IMG/VR virus record: IMGVR_UViG_3300023180_000059
Coordinates: 1-59,120 of that record
DNA from: a virus
Taxonomy: Duplodnaviria > Caudoviricetes
DNA length: 59,120 nt
Direction: 5' to 3' (one strand)
Below are positions 37,617 to 44,658 of the stretch, piece after piece. A model generated the notes under the pieces. It worked only from the letters and a program-made list of their open reading frames with translations. It was not told where the DNA came from and ran no database searches. Made by a program: the position numbers and the translations under genes. Every line of letters starts with the position of its first letter. Within the stretch, counting starts at the first letter, position 1.

Positions 37617-37774
37617 CTTATATCTAATTACGCAACACCAAAGTTCCGCTCTTAATCTTGAAGCACCGCCCATGTAAATCTCAAAAAGCACCGCCCAGAA
37701 GCAAAGCTCATGAAAAATCCTAGTGTTTATAAGGGTTTGCGGAAATGTCCAACAAGATCTCGACACGCATTTTT

Positions 37775-37807
37775 GGGCATAAAAAAACCCCCACCGATGG
37801 TGAGGGT
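37775..37807 (-). terminator. Rho-independent terminator
   Basis: Minus strand accctcacc-atc-ggtgggggt plus T tract and atgccc. Confidence 0.8.
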
Positions 37808-37813
37808 TAGTTC

Positions 37814-38080
37814 CTAGTATCTCCGTACAACTCCGAAGGCATCAAGGATAGCCATTCCTTCGTTGTATTGAGATAATGTGAGTTTCTCATGGTATTCACT
37901 CAAGAATTCATCTAGACTTAAATCACATTCGTATTGTCCATCGACTCGATGTTTGTCTTTGATGATTTCATCAAGGTCATCCATGTACCTTATTGCTTTC
38001 TCGTGAAGAATATCTTCTAGCACTTCATCGAGGTTTACCATGATGAACTTCCACATTGCATCTTTTTCTTTCGTTGTCAT
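37814..38080 (-). CDS. Early hypothetical protein
   Basis: Start re-assigned to MTTKEKDAMW after the conserved leader. Confidence 0.65.
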   Translation of the reverse strand: MTTKEKDAMWKFIMVNLDEVLEDILHEKAIRYMDDLDEIIKDKHRVDGQYECDLSLDEFLSEYHEKLTLSQYNEGMAILDAFGVVRRY

Positions 38081-38162
38081 GATTACTTTCTTTTGAAGAT
38101 TTGTATTACCTCCCCTACTTCTAGAAGCAAGGGAGCGAGGATTAGGATCAGGACTACACACA

Positions 38163-38819
38163 TCATAAGTCCATACCGAATTTGAGTTCTTTTGCTAGTT
38201 GAATATTAGCAAGTTCCATAGTGTCACAATCGAACTCAACTCGTACACCTAGCGCATCGAACTTCTCCGACATTGGTAGTGCCTCAAACATGATTTCAAG
38301 GTCATGGATGTTCTTGCCTAATTCAATGGAGTGGATGAAGGCTTTGAATAGTTTCAAATCATTCTCTTCAAAAACCCCTAGGTCTCCTTCCCTTAAATCT
38401 CTTAAGTCTAATGGATGAAGACCATACTCAATTGTGCAAGGCGACCGCTCAATGTCCAACAATAAGTTGTGCGACATTCGGTGTTCTAATCTCTTTAATA
38501 CTCGTATCAAGTAATTGTCCTTCTCATCGAGTTCACAAAAGAAAGTTCCATTGTCCGCAATCGCCCCATTGATTTGGTCATCATCGAGGTTTTTAGCACA
38601 ATCCAGGAACTCATTCAACATCTCTTCCGCTCGTTGAAGTTCATTTAAATCCACATAGAATGCTTCATTGAACTCCTTTATACAAAGGTCATCGATAGTG
38701 ATGAAATCTTTGTCCGAAAGTTTCTTTGTCTTTATAATCTCTTTTGAGATTTCCGCTACCACTTGTTGGTAGGTTTCGAGTGATGAATTAATCATCGTTG
38801 ACAAATTAGTTTGTCTCAT
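38163..38819 (-). CDS. Early acidic hypothetical protein
   Basis: Start re-assigned to MRQTNLS after the conserved leader. Confidence 0.7.
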   Translation of the reverse strand: MRQTNLSTMINSSLETYQQVVAEISKEIIKTKKLSDKDFITIDDLCIKEFNEAFYVDLNELQRAEEMLNEFLDCAKNLDDDQINGAIADNGTFFCELDEKDNYLIRVLKRLEHRMSHNLLLDIERSPCTIEYGLHPLDLRDLREGDLGVFEENDLKLFKAFIHSIELGKNIHDLEIMFEALPMSEKFDALGVRVEFDCDTMELANIQLAKELKFGMDL

Positions 38820-38874
38820 AATAAATAAAGATTTAGCCCATGAAGGAGAACCCTCCATAGGTGGTTAGAAAAAT

Positions 38875-38925
38875 GCCCATATGTCAAAGAACATCGTACC
38901 GATTGGTACACAGTTAAGATAGCAC
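38875..38925 (-). promoter_or_regulatory. Extended -10-like promoter, hairpin and boxA-like GTTCTTTGACAT
   Basis: GTGCTATCTT, gtacc-aatc-ggtac hairpin, GTTCTTTGACATATGGGCA. Confidence 0.6.
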
Positions 38926-39444
38926 ACATAGGATAAAATTCATAGAGGCGGTAGATAATTTCTCCAAGTATTTTTGATTTCTCACAAGGGGCTATAAATC
39001 AACACAATAAACCCTGGCTCATAAACCAATGATTCACTTGGAGATGGGTAAGCGTGTGATACCTAGTTAGATATATTCTCGATACCAAATGGGAGGGGGG
39101 TGTGATTGTCAACCAAGGAGGGGTACGCGCCCTAGATTCGCAATGTACTAGGGTTCAACACGATGCGGTCTAATGGTTAAACTAGTGGTATAGGTGGCGA
39201 GGTACAAACGCCTGATCCACAACGCATTAGTTGGTAAAACGCCAAAAGTTTTCCGAGTTCCGATTTGGACTTTGAGGGGGTGGGTTTGGATTATCGTTTC
39301 GGTTCTCACTCGCACTCGTCACGCTATAGCGTATAATCCCCCCGGTCTTTAGGACTGATTTAATTATTCGGATCGTGTTCTGATCGTTGGTATTTTGTTG
39401 GAGCAGTTAAGCCAGACAAGAAATATTTTGTCTCGTTTGACACT

Positions 39445-39474
39445 TGATTATATCAAAAAAAAGTTGTAACTTTG
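39445..39474 (+). promoter_or_regulatory. Bacteroidetes sigma70 promoter (TTG...TAACTTTG)
   Basis: TTG at 39445 and TAACTTTG at 39467-39474. Confidence 0.6.
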
Positions 39475-39477
39475 AAA

Positions 39478-39545
39478 TGCTTCAAGCATACAAGCATGGC
39501 GGTTGGCTTTGGAGAGCCACCGCAAAACCAAGTATGTAGAATGCA
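39478..39545 (+). ncRNA. Candidate small structured RNA
   Basis: Long hairpin directly after the promoter; only a 20-aa micro-ORF is possible. Confidence 0.3.
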
Positions 39546-39634
39546 CCCTGGTATAGGAAGTTGTATTAGGGGATACTATGTCTAATTTTTAATGGGGGAA
39601 TCATGTGCGAATGTGGGCACGAAGGGAGTCAATG

Positions 39635-40183
39635 TTATTGTGACTTCTGGGACGATGTCGAGTCTGGGGACTTGATCTTATTTGTATGAACTGTTCTTAA
39701 TTGAGAGTTCTTTATTTCGTAGAGGGGAGCTTGGGTAGTGAATACTGATCCATCATCCCTTTTTCTTTTTTCTCCTTTGGGGAAGTAATCGGCTACTTCT
39801 AGGAATTCGGTTTTAAATATCCAACCACATAGTGTGTACACGCTTGTCTTTTTATTTATAGAGCAAAAGATTAGGAGGTCGGATTCTAGATTCTCTTGGT
39901 ATCCTACGAAGTTGTTTACATAATGAGGTTTAGGGTCTACTGTCCTCCCCATTGTTTTGACATCGATCTTGTACCCTTTATATAGAAGGTCGTAACCCCC
40001 GTCAAACCCGGGTTTAAATTCGACTGGGAGTTGTAGGATCAGAGCGGTCATATATTCTCCTAATAGACCAATGTACTGTTCTTCTTTGCTCCCATTGAAA
40101 GAATGTCTTTCTCCGAGGTTTTTTTCTTTGAGGATGTCCCAGCAAAAGTCTTTTAGGGACTGTGGTATTTCTAGGGATGTCAT
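39635..40183 (-). CDS. PD-(D/E)XK restriction-endonuclease-like protein
   Basis: GLLGE...DGGYDL...IDVKT. Confidence 0.6.
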   Translation of the reverse strand: MTSLEIPQSLKDFCWDILKEKNLGERHSFNGSKEEQYIGLLGEYMTALILQLPVEFKPGFDGGYDLLYKGYKIDVKTMGRTVDPKPHYVNNFVGYQENLESDLLIFCSINKKTSVYTLCGWIFKTEFLEVADYFPKGEKRKRDDGSVFTTQAPLYEIKNSQLRTVHTNKIKSPDSTSSQKSQ

Positions 40184-40596
40184 AGTTCGTTATAGAATCG
40201 TTGTACCATGAGCCTACCTTTTTGAGCGAGGGCATACCGCACACGATAATTGTATTTTGTTTCTGATCTAAACATCTGCCCAAGGACATCCTTCTTTGGG
40301 GTGAGCTTATCAAAATGTTTGTATATATATTCTCTTTTGAGTAGTGGGTAGAGTACTTTACTCGGCAGTTGTTTTTTAGATTGCCCGTACTGATCGCATA
40401 TCCAATCGATGGTAAAGAATTCAAGGTCGTAGATAAAGAGCATAAAGTCGATCTCTGGTCTAGATATATCGTACTGCTCCTTAAACCTCTTATAAACCTT
40501 CGAGATATTTTTGAGGTGGTTTTGTTTTATGTATCGCTCTGGTTGTTTGCTAAACTCCCGGAACTGCTTCGTTGGTGCTACATGGCTCTTCGGCAT
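40180..40596 (-). CDS. MarR-like winged-helix protein
   Basis: EIDFMLFIYD...LLKREYI...RYALAQKGR. Confidence 0.6.
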   Translation of the reverse strand: MPKSHVAPTKQFREFSKQPERYIKQNHLKNISKVYKRFKEQYDISRPEIDFMLFIYDLEFFTIDWICDQYGQSKKQLPSKVLYPLLKREYIYKHFDKLTPKKDVLGQMFRSETKYNYRVRYALAQKGRLMVQRFYNEL

Positions 40597-41002
40597 GGCT
40601 AAATGTGATTTGCGGTTCTAGGTCGTTTATTGGTATGACCGACATTGTTGATTCTATCTTTCTTATGATTGATATAAGGTCTCGTTTACTTAAAAAGAAA
40701 AGAGGGTCTACCCTTTCACCTATAGCGGAATCGAGCCTATTTTTACTGATCTCATAAACCTCGGAGTATAACTCACTGTCTGGTGAGAACAATAGGTTGG
40801 TATCGTGTATTCTCCATGCGTGTAGTATGGTGGCGTGATTATACCCTGTGATTCTTCCTAATTCCGAGCAACCGAAGAATGGCTTACATGCATTTATGTA
40901 TGCATATTTGTATATGACATTCTTACGCTCCCTAGAATTAGTGATTCCATATTCTTCATTAAAGAGCTTCCAATCCATGGACACCTCAACACTTCTATTC
41001 AT
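40550..41002 (-). CDS. HTH protein resembling the DnaA C-terminal domain
   Basis: SELGRITGYNHATILHA. Confidence 0.65.
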   Translation of the reverse strand: MNRSVEVSMDWKLFNEEYGITNSRERKNVIYKYAYINACKPFFGCSELGRITGYNHATILHAWRIHDTNLLFSPDSELYSEVYEISKNRLDSAIGERVDPLFFLSKRDLISIIRKIESTMSVIPINDLEPQITFSHAEEPCSTNEAVPGV

Positions 41003-41010
41003 ATATAAGT

Positions 41011-41018
41011 TATATTTG
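41011..41018 (+). promoter_or_regulatory. Bacteroidetes -7 promoter TATATTTG at the strand switch
   Basis: TAnnTTTG upstream of 41044. Confidence 0.6.
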
Positions 41019-41043
41019 CTTTAGGTACTAAATCTACGAGAAA

Positions 41044-41340
41044 ATGGACGACCATCAAAGTCGAAGAGAGGAATTTTTACTACTGTGTAACGATGTGCTA
41101 GGCACATTGCGGGCAGTTGCGGAGGAACTCGAACTTGATGATGATGTGGTGTTTATTGCGATGGCTGGGTTGTACGATGAGACAACAAATCGTGTTGAAG
41201 CAATATATGATGCTCAAGCACCTAGCGATGAGGTACTGATCACTGGTCTCGACTTTTTAGACGGGATGATATGCCAGGAAATTGAAGATAACGAACCTAG
41301 AGAGGGAACTATTGATTGGTGGATCAATAGACTAAATTAA
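41044..41340 (+). CDS. Acidic hypothetical protein
   Basis: First ORF of the late arm. Confidence 0.65.
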   Translation: MDDHQSRREEFLLLCNDVLGTLRAVAEELELDDDVVFIAMAGLYDETTNRVEAIYDAQAPSDEVLITGLDFLDGMICQEIEDNEPREGTIDWWINRLN

Positions 41341-41345
41341 ATTGT

Positions 41346-41573
41346 ATGATCAGAAAGATTATCGTGGGCATCAATCCCAAGGATGCTATGGCTTACTATG
41401 TAGGTATGAAGGTTGGGAAGATGGTCATCAGCAGTATCGTTGTTGATGAAAAATATTTAATAAGACATAATATTCGGAGATATTTAATATATTTAACAGG
41501 AGATGAGGGGGTTATGTTATGGAAGAACATAGAAGGTCTCCCCGTCGTAGTTGAATATAATTTGAATTTCTAG
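41346..41573 (+). CDS. Conserved phage hypothetical protein
   Basis: IRKIIVG...AMAYYVG...LWK...PVVVEYN. Confidence 0.7.
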   Translation: MIRKIIVGINPKDAMAYYVGMKVGKMVISSIVVDEKYLIRHNIRRYLIYLTGDEGVMLWKNIEGLPVVVEYNLNF

Positions 41574-42157
41574 TGAAAATGATGAAGTCTATTCTTGTGC
41601 GTATACCCAAGCGTTTCAAGGATACAATCAAAGTAAACGATGAGGAACTATATCTAGAGACAAAGTTCGATGAGTTTGCTCATAGGGTAATGGAGGGCGA
41701 AGTTCTAGGCACTCCTATAAAGTATGAATGCCCTTTTGAAAAGGGAGATACTATCTACTTCCATCACCATGTCGTGGTGGAGAAAGCACAGCGTATAGCG
41801 GTTTTTGAGGGCGATGATGTCTACGAGGTTAGGTATCATCCTAGCGATTCTATTAATTCCCAGGCATTCGCCTACAAGGATAAGGAGGGGAAAATCCATC
41901 CATTATCTAATTGGGTACTCCTAGAGCCAATACGCCCGGAGAAAAAGTTGAAGAGCGACATTTTAGAGATTGTAAGTTTTGAGGAGGAACTTGCTTCCGA
42001 AGGCATTGTGACCTTCTTGACTAGTGAGATGGTGGAGAATGGTTTGCGTAAGGGCGATCGGGTACGATTCTCAAAGCACTCGGACTACGAAATCCAAATC
42101 GATGGTACACCATATTGGAGAATGCGTATGTCTGATCTAGAATTGGTGTATGGCTAA
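41573..42157 (+). CDS. GroES-like co-chaperonin with two tandem domains
   Basis: GEVLGTP..KGDTIYFHH and PLSNWVLLEP..GIV..KGDRVRF..YEIQIDG. Confidence 0.7.
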   Translation: MKMMKSILVRIPKRFKDTIKVNDEELYLETKFDEFAHRVMEGEVLGTPIKYECPFEKGDTIYFHHHVVVEKAQRIAVFEGDDVYEVRYHPSDSINSQAFAYKDKEGKIHPLSNWVLLEPIRPEKKLKSDILEIVSFEEELASEGIVTFLTSEMVENGLRKGDRVRFSKHSDYEIQIDGTPYWRMRMSDLELVYG

Positions 42158-42440
42158 AAAGGAATTCACAACGATTGGAGCATCCGAAAAGCTCATGAAG
42201 AGCATGGAGGTTGCAATCGAAAACATGATCGGAGAAATCCGCAAACCTATCGACCCCGATCTAGGGGGTACGCAAAGGAAGGCGGAACTACAGTCTATAA
42301 AACAAACGGCGGTAGATTGTAAGGAACTGATCATAGAGAGACAACGCCTAGAACAAATGGTAAAAGATTTGAAAAGCAGTGGAGAAATCTCGGAAGAAAA
42401 AGATTACGGAGGAGGATTCGCAGAAAGGTTCTCTAAATAG
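42150..42440 (+). CDS. Putative terminase small subunit
   Basis: Helical protein ending GGFAERFSK, upstream of the large terminase. Confidence 0.45.
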   Translation: MAKKEFTTIGASEKLMKSMEVAIENMIGEIRKPIDPDLGGTQRKAELQSIKQTAVDCKELIIERQRLEQMVKDLKSSGEISEEKDYGGGFAERFSK

Positions 42441-42475
42441 AGACCCTAGATATATCTTCCTATATTGGGACGATT

Positions 42476-42625
42476 ATGACATACAAGATAACGACAGGGA
42501 TGTGTAGTTGTGGGTCTTTAGACTTCAAGCATACCTGCCCATATAGAGAAAAACACGAGCAAGATATAGAGACCTTGTGCGATTGCTGCGAGGCTTGTAT
42601 TGAGGCTTGTGCAAATGAATGTTAA
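42476..42625 (+). CDS. 49-aa Cys-rich (9 Cys) probable metal-binding protein
   Basis: MTYKITTGMCSCGSLDFKHTCPYREKHEQDIETLCDCCEACIEACANEC*. Confidence 0.6.
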   Translation: MTYKITTGMCSCGSLDFKHTCPYREKHEQDIETLCDCCEACIEACANEC

Positions 42626-42643
42626 CCAATTAAATTTAATCCT

Positions 42644-42967
42644 ATGTCAGTGAAGACAAAGTACCAAGTATTTCAAGATGCAGTAAAACTGCTCGTACTT
42701 TACCAGGCATCGCTCGATGCTATGGATGATTTCAAAGGGACTACCCTTTATAAGCATGATGTTAAGAAGCTCATGAACAACCTCGAAAAGAAGATCGAGT
42801 TCATGATTAGAAAACCATTGGATAAAGTTGACTCTGATCCAGAGACGAGTGAATTATTTTCTGCTCTTCAAAAAAGAGTAGAGATGATTAACACTTTAAC
42901 GACAGAGGAATTGGCTCAATTAAAGTGGGTAATAGAAGAACACAGGGAAGAGGAGACTAATTCGTGA
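42644..42967 (+). CDS. Hypothetical protein
   Basis: 107-aa helical ORF. Confidence 0.7.
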   Translation: MSVKTKYQVFQDAVKLLVLYQASLDAMDDFKGTTLYKHDVKKLMNNLEKKIEFMIRKPLDKVDSDPETSELFSALQKRVEMINTLTTEELAQLKWVIEEHREEETNS

Positions 42968-42982
42968 TTCACGAATCGCAAA

Positions 42983-43316
42983 GTAAGGGTATAACCTCAC
43001 AAGATTTGATTTCGGTAAGGCTATAACCTTACAATGATGCAGAACGATAGGGTTTTGTGTCTTTAATAGAACACTATGTCAAGTAAACTGCACAAGATGC
43101 TTGACACCTTTAACACCAAAGAGAAATGACAACAGAAAGAATTAAAGAAATACAAAACAAGACTGCTTACCCCGAAAGTGCAAGTGTACAACAAGCCTTA
43201 TTACAAGTTTGGAATGAAGTAGCGCAGAAATACGAAACCTTTAACACCAAAGAGAAATGAAAAAAGTAAGGGCATAACCTTACAACGCAGTGTACAAAGT
43301 AAGGGTATAGTGTGAC
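42983..43316. repeat. Four GTAAGG-N6-CCTTAC-like palindromes in two pairs
   Basis: Copies at 42983, 43015, 43266 and 43299. Confidence 0.8.
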
Positions 43317-43480
43317 AAAGTGTAAAATGAAAAGCACTCAAAGTGTAAAATAAGCCGATTGAATGGTGCTTATTTACACCATTAAGGTATGTTTAAGCAT
43401 ATAAAGATGGGCTTATCCATCAAATTATAAGCGCACACATATAAAAGTAGGCGCAAACCTTTAACACCAAAGAGAGATGA
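43106..43480 (+). repeat. Three copies of 24-nt ACCTTTAACACCAAAGAGARATGA
   Basis: 43106-43129, 43237-43260 and 43457-43480 (1 mismatch). Confidence 0.9.
43126..43260 (+). CDS. 44-aa micro-protein bounded by the 24-nt repeats
   Basis: MTTERIKEIQNKTAYPESASVQQALLQVWNEVAQKYETFNTKEK*. Confidence 0.65.
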   Translation: MTTERIKEIQNKTAYPESASVQQALLQVWNEVAQKYETFNTKEK

Positions 43481-43575
43481 TAGACTTTAAATGGATGGTA
43501 ATAATACTGACTTATCTCTTGGCAGTATTTTTTATTTACTTAACGGGAAAAGGAGATGAAAAGATCGATAATTGA
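43477..43575 (+). CDS. 32-aa single-TM micro-protein
   Basis: MIDFKWMVIILTYLLAVFFIYLTGKGDEKIDN*; starts at the ATGA of the repeat. Confidence 0.5.
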   Translation: MIDFKWMVIILTYLLAVFFIYLTGKGDEKIDN

Positions 43576-43613
43576 ATTGTGTAATCGAGACCTTGAAGAA
43601 AACGGAATAGAAA

Positions 43614-43715
43614 ATGATTAGCGTAGTACTTATATCGATAATGTCTTTTTATATTGTAAGGAGAGAATATCTACAAACAAAAGAATTAAAGAAGAAACTC
43701 AAGCGATATGAGTAG
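43614..43715 (+). CDS. 33-aa single-TM micro-protein
   Basis: MISVVLISIMSFYIVRREYLQTKELKKKLKRYE*. Confidence 0.45.
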   Translation: MISVVLISIMSFYIVRREYLQTKELKKKLKRYE

Positions 43716-44454
43716 TTTCTGGGATGAACAAAGAAAAAAGATAGGAGCAGTTTCCTTAAACTCATTCCGTTTAGACAACACTATTCGGCAGATACCTTTA
43801 TTTGAGGTGAAGGAGTATAAGGAGTATACTGATCACGCTCGTAATTTTAAAAGAAAAGATTACGATTGGTACTATGCTATGACCCAAGGTAAAAAGGGAT
43901 ATGGTAATAGCCGTAATGGATTTGGTTCAAACTCTACACTTTTCTTTGAAGATTCTGTTTTGGTAGACGGACATCGGTTTTCAAAACATGCTCTTAAGAG
44001 TTTTCATCATTACAATACCTATGAATTAAACACTCACAAAAGAATCAATGATTTCGATAGAATCATTGAGTTGGGTGGTGGTGCCGGGGATTTTGCTCGT
44101 CTTGTTTTAGAACTGGGATATACGGGCGATTATATTATCTATGACCTTCCAGAAATTTCTCGTGTTCAAAGATTTAATCTAGAAGGTTTTAATGTAAGAT
44201 GCACATCGAATTACTCGCTTCCAAGAAACCGAGTGGAAAACACATTGTTTGTTTCTACTTGGGCATTGTCCGAGTGTCCCCTAGATGTTAGGCAACAATT
44301 CTTGCAGAATAACCCGGCACCTAACCATCTGATCATATACCAAAAAAAAATATTTGGAGTAGACAACGAAGAGTATTTTAAAAGTTGGGAAGGTAAAAGA
44401 ATAGACATCCCTTGGATTCCTTGGGATGGAGGTAGTAAATATTTAATTAAATAA
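43708..44454 (+). CDS. Class I SAM-dependent methyltransferase, putative sugar O-methyltransferase
   Basis: IIELGGGAGDFAR, YIIYDLPE, LFVSTWALSE. Confidence 0.7.
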   Translation: MSSFWDEQRKKIGAVSLNSFRLDNTIRQIPLFEVKEYKEYTDHARNFKRKDYDWYYAMTQGKKGYGNSRNGFGSNSTLFFEDSVLVDGHRFSKHALKSFHHYNTYELNTHKRINDFDRIIELGGGAGDFARLVLELGYTGDYIIYDLPEISRVQRFNLEGFNVRCTSNYSLPRNRVENTLFVSTWALSECPLDVRQQFLQNNPAPNHLIIYQKKIFGVDNEEYFKSWEGKRIDIPWIPWDGGSKYLIK

Positions 44455-44463
44455 CTTTATATC

Positions 44464-44658
44464 ATGAGTTATATTACAGACCCGATCGCAAAAGAAGTAA
44501 TAGACTGTGTGTTGCGCCGTAACGCAAAGATGTTTACTGAACTCGGTCAAGACAGTACGCCAGAGGAATACGCAAGTGCTAGGCAATTAGAAAAAGAGCG
44601 TTTGCTTCGTATCCGAAAATTTGATCCCGATAAAATTGATAGAATGTTGATTGAGTAA
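44464..44658 (+). CDS. Small hypothetical protein upstream of terminase
   Basis: Its stop overlaps the terminase start. Confidence 0.65.
   Translation: MSYITDPIAKEVIDCVLRRNAKMFTELGQDSTPEEYASARQLEKERLLRIRKFDPDKIDRMLIE

Noticed and set aside
37517-38870. Hairpin leaders as integron attC sites
   Set aside because: TCTAAC resembles RYYYAAC, but there is no matching GTTRRRY end and no tyrosine integrase
43106-43480. 24-nt repeats as a CRISPR mini-array
   Set aside because: Intervals are 107 and 196 nt and unequal, the repeat is non-palindromic and protein-coding, and there are no cas genes
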